A stretch of 64,000 nt of DNA from a virus. Shown in pieces: positions 36,275-45,752 of this stretch. Location: positions 1-64,000 of IMG/VR virus record IMGVR_UViG_3300042878_002532; one strand, written 5' to 3'. A model generated the notes under the pieces. It did no database searches. It worked only from the letters and a program-made list of their open reading frames with translations, and was not told the origin of the DNA. The position numbers and the translations under genes were made by a program. How positions within the stretch are numbered: position 1 is the stretch's first letter; the number at the start of each line of letters is the position of its first letter.

Positions 36275-37465
36275 ATGGATAAGGAATACATAAAAGGATT
36301 GGTTCAGAAGATACTCAACAAAGAGTTCGCCAACATAAACAAGAGAAAGATTGTCGACTATGTTGATCGATTTAATATCGCGTGTCCCTATTGCGGTGAT
36401 AGTAAGAACGTCTATAAGAAAAGAGGAAATCTTTATCTGAATAGGTTGATGTTTGTTTGCTTTAACTGCGACAAACATACAAATCTTGATAGGATGTGTA
36501 AGGACTTCAACGAAATGGTTGATCCTGATAAGAAGCTTGAAATGATTGAGCATCTTAATAGTGTAATGACATATTCCGACTATGAAGCAAATATGTCTGA
36601 TGCCAAATTCGAAAACCTTATCGAATTAAGCGAGTTAGAGAGAGTTTTTAGCTCTAACCTTACTCAGATAACAGATTTCAAACCAATCATCACCAACGGC
36701 GGTATATATAAGTATTTAATAGGTCGTGGTATTCCAGAAGAGTATCATAAAAACATATATCAAGCAAAATTCTGGAAGAACGAAGATGAAGCAGAATGGA
36801 TAATCGTGATGCTCAATAGAAGAGACACGAAAGTTCTGGGTATGCAAGTTCGTAATCTAAAAGAAGGTAAAAAACGTATGTTTAAGATTTATAACTATGA
36901 GAATCTTTTAGAATGGATAAACATTGGAAAAGAAGAACCTATAGAGATTGACATGAACGAGATGGTTATCTACAACAAGCTTTCATACTACTTCAATATA
37001 TTGAACGTAGATTTAGGAAAAACCATAACGGTCTTTGAAGGGTATTTAGATTCGCTATTTTATCCAAACTCTATAGGGTTGGTAGGAGTCAACACAGACT
37101 ATAAGTTGATTGAAAACAATGGGTTAGATATTCAATATTTCTTTGACAACGATGATGCCGGATTCAGTAAGAGTGAGGAAAAAATAAAGATAGAATATCC
37201 TGTCTTTCTATGGCAAAAACTTTTTGAAGATATTGTTGAGAAGAAAAAGTCTGCGGACCCAGGTGCACTTCTACATAGGATAAGTAAGGTAAAAGATATA
37301 AACAAACTGGCGACACTTGTACCAAATCCTTATAAGACTTTAAAATTAGAAGATTTTTTTAGTAAAGATGTACTCGATTTAAAATGGATACCTAAAAAGA
37401 AGAAGTATTCTAAGAAACAAGATACCGACTACAACAGAAAGTTCGACAACATCAAATATCTATGA
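36275..37465 (+). CDS. DNA primase (T4 gp61-like)
   Basis: Zn ribbon CPYCGDS..CFNC; TOPRIM VFEGYLDSLF and FFDND. Confidence 0.9.
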   Translation: MDKEYIKGLVQKILNKEFANINKRKIVDYVDRFNIACPYCGDSKNVYKKRGNLYLNRLMFVCFNCDKHTNLDRMCKDFNEMVDPDKKLEMIEHLNSVMTYSDYEANMSDAKFENLIELSELERVFSSNLTQITDFKPIITNGGIYKYLIGRGIPEEYHKNIYQAKFWKNEDEAEWIIVMLNRRDTKVLGMQVRNLKEGKKRMFKIYNYENLLEWINIGKEEPIEIDMNEMVIYNKLSYYFNILNVDLGKTITVFEGYLDSLFYPNSIGLVGVNTDYKLIENNGLDIQYFFDNDDAGFSKSEEKIKIEYPVFLWQKLFEDIVEKKKSADPGALLHRISKVKDINKLATLVPNPYKTLKLEDFFSKDVLDLKWIPKKKKYSKKQDTDYNRKFDNIKYL

Positions 37466-37506
37466 TTTCATTTTCTCCGTTTAATATATAAAAGAAAAAT
37501 ATTAAA

Positions 37507-37827
37507 ATGGAAAAAGAACAAAAAAAGGTAGCCAATGTGGTAGCACCTAAAAAGAATTATTTTTTTGGTTGGTCAAACATAAAATGGGGATTAAAAGAAT
37601 TAATTAACGTATATTCATCTAAAAACTCTTATTTCTCTAAAAAGAGAGTAGAGTCAGGATTGGCATTCATCATTGCACAATGGGGTATGATATTCTTTTT
37701 GTTAGAAAAACATTCTACTTTGACTATGGGAGAATTCTTATTATGGGCTGCTGCTGAGTTTGCAGTATCTGGATATATAATCAATAAAATACAAAAAGAA
37801 AAGAAACCAACTGAATCAGAAGAATAA
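37507..37827 (+). CDS. Small two-TM membrane protein (possible holin)
   Basis: Two hydrophobic helices and a charged C-tail; TAATATATA at 37482. Confidence 0.55.
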   Translation: MEKEQKKVANVVAPKKNYFFGWSNIKWGLKELINVYSSKNSYFSKKRVESGLAFIIAQWGMIFFLLEKHSTLTMGEFLLWAAAEFAVSGYIINKIQKEKKPTESEE

Positions 37828-38258
37828 TGAGATACGGAGTAATCTATATAAAAATATGTCCTAAAGAAGGAACACCAGGTGATTGGATAAAGTATTGTCA
37901 TTTCCTTTCGGAAACTCCTAAATCTTTCCAACAAAACGTTGAGATTATAGCAAATGACATCAATAGTAAGCATTCAGATGATATAGTTATCCCAATGGAT
38001 ATAGATGTTCATCCAGGTTGTACGACAACACCTGAAGGTGTAAAGGCAGTTGCGGAGGATATGTATAAACAGTATTCTGAGTTGTGTGAAAGACAAGGAA
38101 TTCCAAACTCTGTAAGATGTGTTTATTCTATCGGTGAACTTAGAAATATTAATGTTGATTCTACACATCATTTGAGTAATGATGAACTTATGGTAAAGGT
38201 CGGTAGATTTTTAGATGAATCTGACGAACCAGGCATATTTGAATTAGATGAAATATAA
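37827..38258 (+). CDS. Hypothetical protein
   Basis: TAATG-coupled 143-aa ORF ending at a terminator. Confidence 0.7.
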   Translation: MRYGVIYIKICPKEGTPGDWIKYCHFLSETPKSFQQNVEIIANDINSKHSDDIVIPMDIDVHPGCTTTPEGVKAVAEDMYKQYSELCERQGIPNSVRCVYSIGELRNINVDSTHHLSNDELMVKVGRFLDESDEPGIFELDEI

Positions 38259-38262
38259 AACT

Positions 38263-38291
38263 AAAAAGCCACTCAAATGAGTGGCTTTTTT
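38263..38291. terminator. Bidirectional terminator, CCACTCA family
   Basis: AAAAAGCCACTCA-AA-TGAGTGGCTTTTT. Confidence 0.9.
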
Positions 38292-38303
38292 ATTTAGTGT
38301 TTA

Positions 38304-38891
38304 TTAAAACTTTCTTTTGAATGTTCTGTTTTTGTAGCTTTTAGACTCTCCAATCTGGTCGATATCTACTGCTTGAGCTTTAAGAGCTTGAGCTTCTGGA
38401 TCTAAACCTGTTTCAGTTTTATCAGAACCTCTTTCAAACTCACCTTGAGCTTGTGCTCTTTTTTGAGCTTGTGCTTGTACTCTTCTTTCTTTTTTACCTT
38501 GAGCTTCTGCTTGAGCTTGTGGGTTGTTAAGGTAATCAACAACTTTTTCAACGTCGTCAGTTTTCAAATCGATTCCGTCTACTCTAAATTGTCCTGTTTC
38601 AGATGGTTGATCAATCTCATGTCCATCATGATTGATAACATTTCTTTCAACTGAAGCACCTAACAATTCTGCTAATCCTTCTAATCCACCTTCTACTGCG
38701 TCTACGTCTCCATATGCTAATGGATTGTCTCTTACACCTGGTTCTTCTGTAGGAATAACAGATGGTCTAGCCGGTCTTGGCGTTGTATCTGGTCTTGTTG
38801 GTGCTGGAATCGTCTCAGGAGAAACGCCTGGTCTTGACGGTGCCGGAGCATTTTCATTTGTTTTTACAAATTGATTATATTTTTTAATCAT
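38304..38891 (-). CDS. Pro-rich/QAQ-repeat protein with CTS-like N-terminus
   Basis: MIKKYNQFVKTNE; TAATATATA at 38914(-). Confidence 0.75.
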   Translation of the reverse strand: MIKKYNQFVKTNENAPAPSRPGVSPETIPAPTRPDTTPRPARPSVIPTEEPGVRDNPLAYGDVDAVEGGLEGLAELLGASVERNVINHDGHEIDQPSETGQFRVDGIDLKTDDVEKVVDYLNNPQAQAEAQGKKERRVQAQAQKRAQAQGEFERGSDKTETGLDPEAQALKAQAVDIDQIGESKSYKNRTFKRKF

Positions 38892-38940
38892 CTTTTTAGA
38901 CTTATTTTTTTAGTATATATTAAAATATTTTTTTCTTTTT

Positions 38941-39429
38941 TTACTCTTCATCTTGATTTTCTAACTCACTAACTACATAGTCGATAAAACTATCAAGTTC
39001 ATATTCATAACCTGAACAAAAGTCAAAGACATCAAAATCTTTTCCGTTTATCTGAACTCCAAAGTCTGGAGATGTGAATGTTGTTTCTGGATAGTAAACG
39101 ATTCTTCCTTCAAGTCTTCCACTTATTGTTTTCCCGTTTTCTATAAGATCTGGACAAGTAAGTGTTCCTAAGTAATGTATCTCATCTCCATATTCTTCTA
39201 TAGAGTCAAATTCAAACTTGAACATTCCAGCATAGTCTTCGAAGACCTTTTCACTTTCTTCTTTAGTAAGTGCATTATGTACTGCTTCTTCACCGCCGGA
39301 TTTATGTGCATCCAAAAACTCTTTCTCTAATGAAGTCAATGATTTCATACCATACTTAGATATTTTGTCTAGTATGTCGTCGACTCGTTGTGCGGTCGAA
39401 TAACCTTCGTATCTCATTAGATGTCTCAT
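38941..39429 (-). CDS. Protein with CTS-like start and DUF6576-like domain
   Basis: MRHLMRYEGY followed by VDDILDKISKYGMKSLTSLEKEFLD. Confidence 0.75.
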   Translation of the reverse strand: MRHLMRYEGYSTAQRVDDILDKISKYGMKSLTSLEKEFLDAHKSGGEEAVHNALTKEESEKVFEDYAGMFKFEFDSIEEYGDEIHYLGTLTCPDLIENGKTISGRLEGRIVYYPETTFTSPDFGVQINGKDFDVFDFCSGYEYELDSFIDYVVSELENQDEE

Positions 39430-39464
39430 AATCACAATGTATATATTAAATTAGACACTCGTTT

Positions 39465-39812
39465 TTATACAGAACCTTTGATTTCCCACGGATTCCAGTC
39501 TTTTATAGGTTCCATTAGTTTCTTTTTAATAGTTTCATATACGGGTATTAGATTGCCTGATGTCTGGTATATAGCTATGTAATTATTTTGATACTTTTCG
39601 GAATCAAAGTCTTCTATTTCTTTATCTTCTAAAACTGAATCTAATCGACTTTGTCTTTCCCATGCTTTTACTGAGTTTATATAGCTATCTACAAAGAATA
39701 TAAGAAATCCATTCTCTTCTTTGTGATTACGGATCATATCAAAGTCTATTCCATCATAGAAAAAGACATTGGTTCCGTTTATTTCTATATTTTCAATCAA
39801 AGTCAAAGCCAT
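39465..39812 (-). CDS. Hypothetical protein (internal WERQSRLDSVLE)
   Basis: ORF 39465..39827; the start is uncertain. Confidence 0.65.
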   Translation of the reverse strand: MALTLIENIEINGTNVFFYDGIDFDMIRNHKEENGFLIFFVDSYINSVKAWERQSRLDSVLEDKEIEDFDSEKYQNNYIAIYQTSGNLIPVYETIKKKLMEPIKDWNPWEIKGSV

Positions 39813-40017
39813 CGAATAAGTCGTCAATCTTTTTATCTCTAAAAGATCCTATTTGTTTTCCTTCAAATTGTTCATTTTTTTCGACTTTATTTTTGAACTC
39901 TTCAAATGCCGCTCTTGATATTTTAGAAAGTGCCATTGCACCTGCTGATATCTTTCCTTCGTTTAATCTATCTGATAGATAACTTACGAACATTGGGTAT
40001 AGTCTTTCGTTTTTCAT
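39793..40017 (-). CDS. Small protein with C-terminal RDKKIDDLF tag
   Basis: ORF 39793..40032; Met at 40017 follows a TATATA. Confidence 0.65.
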   Translation of the reverse strand: MKNERLYPMFVSYLSDRLNEGKISAGAMALSKISRAAFEEFKNKVEKNEQFEGKQIGSFRDKKIDDLFDGFDFD

Positions 40018-40070
40018 AAAAATATATATCAAATAACACCTTTCCGAATCGTGGAAAATATATATACTTT

Positions 40071-40802
40071 ATGGAAAAAGATTTAAGCTTAGGACCAGTC
40101 CTTACAAGCAAATATGGTGAAACGAATTCAATCGCTTGGTTGAATCAAATGATAATAAAATACATAACAAGTATTTATGGTCCTTTTGGATATTCTTATA
40201 GAGCAGGAAACAAAGACATCAATGTAAACGGAAAGCTGATAAACACAGAGTACATCGACAAAATGGTGAACAACTACACAGTTTTCAAAGGAATAATAAA
40301 CGATCAGGAAATAAACACAGAGGAAGGATTCTACAACTATATGGTTGCAAACTTATTCGATGTGTATAACTACGGTGGTTCTCATTTTGATAAGATAACC
40401 TTACCGGTTCTTATTGCAACCTCTAGACGAGGGAACATTGGTGAACAAAAGGCTTTAGCGTTTTTTAAAAACGAACTTATGAAAAGAAACGTTGAGTGTG
40501 TTATAATACCACCAACTCTTTTAGAAGATGGTCAAGGAATAGATGGTAAGTTTATGTGGAATGGTAAAGAACTTACTATTCAAGTAAAACCTTATGATAG
40601 TATAATGAAAAGAGATGGAATGGTAAATGTTTTTTCTCAAGGATCATTATCTCTTCAAATAATAGGTGCTGGTAAAAATGTAGACTATCTTGTTCTTTAC
40701 AATCTTGAAAAGAAAGGATTTGTAATAGTAAGAGCAAGTAATGTTACTATACAAGGAAATCAGTTTATATTTCCAGAAGACAAACTCATCGCAATGATAT
40801 AA
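40071..40802 (+). CDS. PD-(D/E)xK nuclease-like protein
   Basis: GNIGEQKA...DGQGIDGKF...TIQVKP. Confidence 0.6.
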   Translation: MEKDLSLGPVLTSKYGETNSIAWLNQMIIKYITSIYGPFGYSYRAGNKDINVNGKLINTEYIDKMVNNYTVFKGIINDQEINTEEGFYNYMVANLFDVYNYGGSHFDKITLPVLIATSRRGNIGEQKALAFFKNELMKRNVECVIIPPTLLEDGQGIDGKFMWNGKELTIQVKPYDSIMKRDGMVNVFSQGSLSLQIIGAGKNVDYLVLYNLEKKGFVIVRASNVTIQGNQFIFPEDKLIAMI

Positions 40803-40803
40803 C

Positions 40804-40835
40804 AAAAAACCCACTCATTTTGAGTGGGTTTTTTT
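40804..40835. terminator. Bidirectional terminator, CCACTCA family
   Basis: AAAAAACCCACTCA-TTT-TGAGTGGGTTTTTT. Confidence 0.9.
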
Positions 40836-42258
40836 ATTTTCCAAAGCCGCCGAATATATCCATTACAACAGATAATCTTTCAGTTATCTCAGGCATTCCC
40901 AATGGTTCGATAATCTTGTTTATCGGTGCCAAAATACATTTCGCAAACTGAATGTCATAATCAATCGCTGGTGCAATCTCAATCGGATAAGAACCTCTAA
41001 TATAAGCAAAGATATCTCCATTGTTATTGTTTTTACAATAGTAGTATTTAATCTTAGTTCCAGACTTTACAAATTCGTACTTAGTCTGTAAATACTTGTT
41101 CTGATGTAAAAGATAGTTATGATAAGCACTTGCTTTTACTGCGAAGTGAGCACCATTTACGAACTGAAGTGGTAAAGATTTATCATCTATTACTTTGACA
41201 TCGTAGTTTGAACAAGAAGACTGCATAGCAATGTCGTCAATATCAGCCAACTCAAACTCTTTACGTAGAGCTTTGATTAGTTTAAGTAAATCCTTTATGT
41301 TGAATGTGTTCGAATGTTCAAAAAGATACTTCACAATGTTGATAATCTTCTCTCTAGCGAACAATGGAGTCGAAGATCTTACTAACTCTACTCCTTTAGG
41401 GAATAAGTATGTCAATCTATCATAAGGAATTCCATCTTCAAAAGAAACATGTTGAATATATTTCTTCTTAGCCAATGAGATAATAGATTCAGAAATTCTT
41501 TCAAGCTCGAAATCTTCTTTGTTTTCTACTCCAAATGTTGCTGCGTAGTCTTCTAAACATTGTTTAAAGTATCCACCATATCTAAAATGGTCCATTCCGT
41601 GAATGTAATCTACTTCTCTCGACCAGTTCCATTCTACTTCACAAGTAAGTGCTCCACTTCCAATAAGTTTCATGAATCCTCTGTCCTTAATGAAAAGTCC
41701 GTCAGAGATTATCATCTCATAGTCTGTTGTAAGAAGTTCTTCAAATTCTGCAAGATTCGCAGCAGTTCCTAAATGATTAGGGTTGTCTGTTTTTATGTTG
41801 TTCTGTGAAAGAACTATAAATTTCTTATCAATCGATTTTAGATTTTCAGTACCTAAAAGAATATCTCTCCAATCAGAGTGGTTTATTGCAGGAAGAAAAG
41901 AAACGAATAGTGAATCGGTATCTGCATAGATTGAAACCGGTTCACTTCTATCTATTGCAGTTACGTTTCTAACACAAAGTCTTTTGTGTAACTCAAAGTC
42001 AAAGTGCCATTGGTTGTACCAATAGTCTTCGTTGACTCTATCCATAGTTTGTGTAAGGTCTCTTCCTTGAGCGGTGATTGTTCCTGCAACGTGGTTGTTG
42101 TACAATATGAAGTATGCTGTTGCGAAGGCTCCATAAGATCCATTCAGAACTAATTTTAGAGCGGTTTGCATCGCATTGTAGTATTCGACGGTCTTCTTAA
42201 CCTCGATTGCTTGCCTTTTCAGTTCTTCTATCTTTTTAAGCTTTTCTTCCTTTGTCAT
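40834..42258 (-). CDS. Family B DNA polymerase, C-terminal subunit only (gp43B-like)
   Basis: Motif B KLVLNGSYG, ITAQGR, motif C YADTDS, KKKY, KGVELVRSSTP; no exonuclease domain or motif A. Confidence 0.9.
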   Translation of the reverse strand: MTKEEKLKKIEELKRQAIEVKKTVEYYNAMQTALKLVLNGSYGAFATAYFILYNNHVAGTITAQGRDLTQTMDRVNEDYWYNQWHFDFELHKRLCVRNVTAIDRSEPVSIYADTDSLFVSFLPAINHSDWRDILLGTENLKSIDKKFIVLSQNNIKTDNPNHLGTAANLAEFEELLTTDYEMIISDGLFIKDRGFMKLIGSGALTCEVEWNWSREVDYIHGMDHFRYGGYFKQCLEDYAATFGVENKEDFELERISESIISLAKKKYIQHVSFEDGIPYDRLTYLFPKGVELVRSSTPLFAREKIINIVKYLFEHSNTFNIKDLLKLIKALRKEFELADIDDIAMQSSCSNYDVKVIDDKSLPLQFVNGAHFAVKASAYHNYLLHQNKYLQTKYEFVKSGTKIKYYYCKNNNNGDIFAYIRGSYPIEIAPAIDYDIQFAKCILAPINKIIEPLGMPEITERLSVVMDIFGGFGK

Positions 42259-42259
42259 A

Positions 42260-42640
42260 TCATTTTATTATTTTTGTCGTGTCTATTGCTATTACTTTTG
42301 TTTCCTTTATTTCTATAATATCTACCTTTGTCTTTGTTGTGTCTTTTATCGGTCTTCTGAATACCTTCTTAGGTATTATCTCTACAATAGGTACTATCTT
42401 TCTACTTTCTTCTAATATCTTTGATATTGAGTCTACTTTGTGTACAAGCTCTATGTTTTCGGATTTCAACATTTGTTTTTCATCAGATATTTGACTTATA
42501 TCAGATTTTAGACTTACTATCCAAAAAATTAGAACGATTGTTATAAATACCAGTGTTACTATCGAAGATGCACCGTTTGTTGTTTTGTCTCTACTTCCGT
42601 AGTTTCTTCTTCTGTTGTCGTATTTGTATCTATTATTCAT
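42260..42640 (-). CDS. Single-TM coiled-coil membrane protein
   Basis: Basic N-terminus, TM IVTLVFITIVLIFWIV, then coiled coil. Confidence 0.65.
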   Translation of the reverse strand: MNNRYKYDNRRRNYGSRDKTTNGASSIVTLVFITIVLIFWIVSLKSDISQISDEKQMLKSENIELVHKVDSISKILEESRKIVPIVEIIPKKVFRRPIKDTTKTKVDIIEIKETKVIAIDTTKIIK

Positions 42641-43421
42641 CTTCTTCTGAAAAATCTTGTTCGAATGAAAGCATTAGGTTTGAGTCTTCGTGTTTAACAA
42701 GCATAAAGTTGTCAAATATGTGAAACTGAATATCATCACTATCATTCACACATCCTAAGAACTTTTTGTTTAGTATTAAGTTAGAACTTCTGTCCGCGTC
42801 GATATTGTCTATCTCCAGCTCCCATGCTGCAGTTTCTGATATCACTACCTTTCCTGCGTTTACTCCAATCTGAAGTATTTTTTCTCCGTTTATAGAAGAA
42901 AGTTTTTTGATATCAGAGAAATCGTTTTTCGCAATCGTAAAAGACCATCTACTGTTTTTCAGGTGAAGACCTTGTTCTAATTTTTGTTTGTTCATGTCTT
43001 TTATCTCGTAGTGTTCACCACCGATCCAGTTCACTTTAAGTTTACCACCAACAATCTGCAATGCTCTTGCATCCATTATACTATCATCTTCCTGAGACTC
43101 TTTGTGAGTTATCTCTATAGTCACCTTATCACTTTCCTTTAGAAAGTTTAGATTCTTCACGAACTTCTTCGCGTTTAGAATGATGATATCTATACCATAT
43201 TCCAAGTCATCTTTCATCTCGAAGAGCTCACTTGTAGGTATATTGTAGTTTTTAAATGCAAGTACGGTAGCCTTACCTAAGATAGAGTACATCATCGTGT
43301 TTCCACTTTCTATCTTAATCTTTATGTTGTCGGATATCTTAGTCAGGTCTTCTAACTTAGATATAAACTCTGGAAGCTTTTCTGATTTTATTCTGAATTT
43401 GTCTTTTCCTGTTTTTGCCAT
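42633..43421 (-). CDS. DNA sliding clamp (gp45/PCNA-like)
   Basis: About 262 aa, two-domain alpha/beta pattern, acidic tail, near the polymerase gene. Confidence 0.6.
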   Translation of the reverse strand: MAKTGKDKFRIKSEKLPEFISKLEDLTKISDNIKIKIESGNTMMYSILGKATVLAFKNYNIPTSELFEMKDDLEYGIDIIILNAKKFVKNLNFLKESDKVTIEITHKESQEDDSIMDARALQIVGGKLKVNWIGGEHYEIKDMNKQKLEQGLHLKNSRWSFTIAKNDFSDIKKLSSINGEKILQIGVNAGKVVISETAAWELEIDNIDADRSSNLILNKKFLGCVNDSDDIQFHIFDNFMLVKHEDSNLMLSFEQDFSEEDE

Positions 43422-43492
43422 AATCAATTTTATTTCTATACATGATATAGAAAAAGTCAAATTTTGTTTATTTGTTTTTAATATATAAAGTC

Positions 43493-44020
43493 ATGATAAA
43501 TAAATGGAATGAATTCATAAGAGAGTTTGTTGAATCAACTGGATTGATTGATGCAAAAATGCAAGAGCTCAAAGATTTGATAGATGGTATGTCCGATGGA
43601 CAGAACCTTATATACGAATGGGAGAACAAAGACGACCATCAGTTATTGGTTAATTTTACTAGCGGTGATCTTTCTCTTAGATATGAGTTTGACATTGATG
43701 ATTTACACGTTACAAAAATTGCTGGTGATACTGTAGACTATAAGACTGATGTTGAGTCTATGGAAGAAGGATTAGATCTTATTGAAAAGGATATTCAATC
43801 CATCTTAGGTATTGATGAAAAAAAGACAAATAATATGAAATATTTGAAAAAATTTGAGTCTTATAATTTTGAAGACTTTACACATTCCGATATGGAAGAT
43901 GTAAAAGATTTATTAGAAGAAGGGTTAACTGCCGAAGAAATCGCAAATGAATTAGACTTTGATGTAAACAAAGTTAAACAAATAATCTCTTCTATTAGAA
44001 AGAGTGAAAAATTTAATTAA
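43493..44020 (+). CDS. CTS-bearing protein with an internal second CTS and C-terminal HTH
   Basis: MINKWNEFIRE; internal MKYLKKFESY at 43835; GLTAEEIANELDFDVNKVKQII. Confidence 0.75.
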   Translation: MINKWNEFIREFVESTGLIDAKMQELKDLIDGMSDGQNLIYEWENKDDHQLLVNFTSGDLSLRYEFDIDDLHVTKIAGDTVDYKTDVESMEEGLDLIEKDIQSILGIDEKKTNNMKYLKKFESYNFEDFTHSDMEDVKDLLEEGLTAEEIANELDFDVNKVKQIISSIRKSEKFN

Positions 44021-44029
44021 AAAAAAGTT

Positions 44030-44239
44030 ATGAAAAATTTATTACTATTTGAAGACTACAATGAAGTTCTTATATTAGAAAAAAATATCCCGACTAACCC
44101 AGAACTATGGGCAAAGTGCAAAGCTTCTGCCAAATCAAAATATGATGTTTGGCCATCAGCATATGCATGTGGTTTTGCTGCTAAAAAATATAAAGCAGAA
44201 GGTGGTAAATGGAAAAAAGAAAAGAAAAAGAAGAAATAA
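44030..44239 (+). CDS. Small basic protein (PSAYA..YK..GG motif), CTS-like start
   Basis: MKNLLLFEDY..ILEK; PTNPELW..WPSAYA. Confidence 0.75.
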   Translation: MKNLLLFEDYNEVLILEKNIPTNPELWAKCKASAKSKYDVWPSAYACGFAAKKYKAEGGKWKKEKKKKK

Positions 44240-44532
44240 TGGAATATTTATTATTATTTGAACAATTCATATTAGAAGAAAAGAAACCAAAAGGTGGTCT
44301 TGATAAATGGTTCAAAGAAAAGTGGGTTGATATATCTAAGACTAATGCTGATGGAACACATCCACCATGTGGTAGAGATGATGCTGATAAAGGATCTTAT
44401 CCAAAGTGTAGAAAGGTAAGAGTAGCTGCAAGGATGACTGATAAAGAGAAAAAAGCTTCAACTAGAAGAAAAAGAAAAGTTGAAAAAGAAGGCTCTAAAG
44501 GAAGTGGTAGAAAACCAAATTACGCTAAATAA
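44239..44532 (+). CDS. Small basic protein (GGLDKWFKEKWVDI..PCGR..YPKCR; DUF5872-like), CTS-like start
   Basis: TAATG-coupled start MEYLLLFEQFILEE. Confidence 0.75.
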   Translation: MEYLLLFEQFILEEKKPKGGLDKWFKEKWVDISKTNADGTHPPCGRDDADKGSYPKCRKVRVAARMTDKEKKASTRRKRKVEKEGSKGSGRKPNYAK

Positions 44533-44551
44533 AATTTGATAAAAATAAAAT

Positions 44552-44581
44552 AAAAAACCACTCATTTGAGTGGCTTTTTTT
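44552..44581. terminator. Bidirectional terminator, CCACTCA family
   Basis: AAAAAACCACTCA-TT-TGAGTGGCTTTTTT. Confidence 0.85.
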
Positions 44582-45650
44582 ATGCGTTATATTTGAAGTT
44601 GTGATTCTCTTCTATATTTAGAAGTGTTTGGTAAATCAACTTAACAATACTCTTAACATCGTCTTTGTGAACAGTTTCACAAGTTGTATGCATGTATTTC
44701 AAAGGAAGTGAAATCAATACAGAAGGAACTCCACCATTTGAATAAGCGAATGCATCTGTATCTGTTCCCGTCGATGTTGAACTTGCTGCCAACTGAACAG
44801 GAATATCTTTTTTATCAGCAACATCCAATACTAACTTTCTCAATTTGTTGTGTACTGCAGGTGCTCTTGTGATAACACCACCTTGACCAGCAACGTGTTC
44901 ACCTTCTTTGCTTGCGGTATAACAAGGTGATGATGTTTCATGACACACGTCTGTTATGATTGCTACATTTGGTTTGATTGTTTGAGTAACCATTTGAGCA
45001 CCTCTCAATCCAATCTCTTCCTGAACAGAGTTCACGATATAAAGTTTGAAAGGAAGTTTTTTACCTTTCTCTGATAATTTTCTAGCAACTTCTGCAATCA
45101 TGAATCCACCGATTCTGTTGTCCAATGCTCTTCCTGTGTAATAGTCTGTTCCAAGTTTCATAAACTCATCTTTAAAAGTGATTACAGTTCCAACATTAAT
45201 ACCCATTTGAAGAACTTCTTCTTTACTTGCAGCACCCACGTCGATAAAGATAGAATCTAAATCTGCTTCTTTCTTTCTATAAGAAATGTGAATAGCTGGA
45301 TGTCCAAAGATTCCGTCTATTGGTCCATTATCTCCCCAAAGTGTTACTCTCATAGAAGGAGCGATTGTAGTATCAGACCCACCGTTTCTGATTACTTTGA
45401 TATACCCTTTTGAATCGATGTGGTTTACAAACCAACTAATTTCGTCGGCATGTGCCTCAATAACTACTTTAAAGTCTGAGTCCATGTTTCCCATAATACC
45501 ATAAGCAGTACCATAGTTGTCAAGTTCTACTTTATCGACATACTTAGAGATATAGTCCATCCAAACTTTTTGACCACCTAATTCATATTCGAATCCTGTT
45601 GGTGCATTGCTGTTTAAATAGCTTTCTAAAAATTTTTCGTCTAATTTCAT
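44580..45650 (-). CDS. M42 family metallo-aminopeptidase
   Basis: AHADEI, ALDNR, QEEIGLRGA, ITDV, GTDTD, YMHT. Confidence 0.93.
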   Translation of the reverse strand: MKLDEKFLESYLNSNAPTGFEYELGGQKVWMDYISKYVDKVELDNYGTAYGIMGNMDSDFKVVIEAHADEISWFVNHIDSKGYIKVIRNGGSDTTIAPSMRVTLWGDNGPIDGIFGHPAIHISYRKKEADLDSIFIDVGAASKEEVLQMGINVGTVITFKDEFMKLGTDYYTGRALDNRIGGFMIAEVARKLSEKGKKLPFKLYIVNSVQEEIGLRGAQMVTQTIKPNVAIITDVCHETSSPCYTASKEGEHVAGQGGVITRAPAVHNKLRKLVLDVADKKDIPVQLAASSTSTGTDTDAFAYSNGGVPSVLISLPLKYMHTTCETVHKDDVKSIVKLIYQTLLNIEENHNFKYNA

Positions 45651-45752
45651 TTATTTAAGTTTTTGTTTATATCTTTTTTATATGTTTTTTTTGATTATTG
45701 TTTAGAGAACAAAGGTCAATTGGTAATATATAAACAGAGTAAAACTAATAAA

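Noticed and set aside
41625-41865. Intein in the DNA polymerase
   Set aside because: No Cys/Ser start with His-Asn end, and too short for a typical intein.
42260-42640. i-spanin call
   Set aside because: Topology fits, but no overlapping or adjacent o-spanin lipoprotein was seen and it lies in a replication operon.
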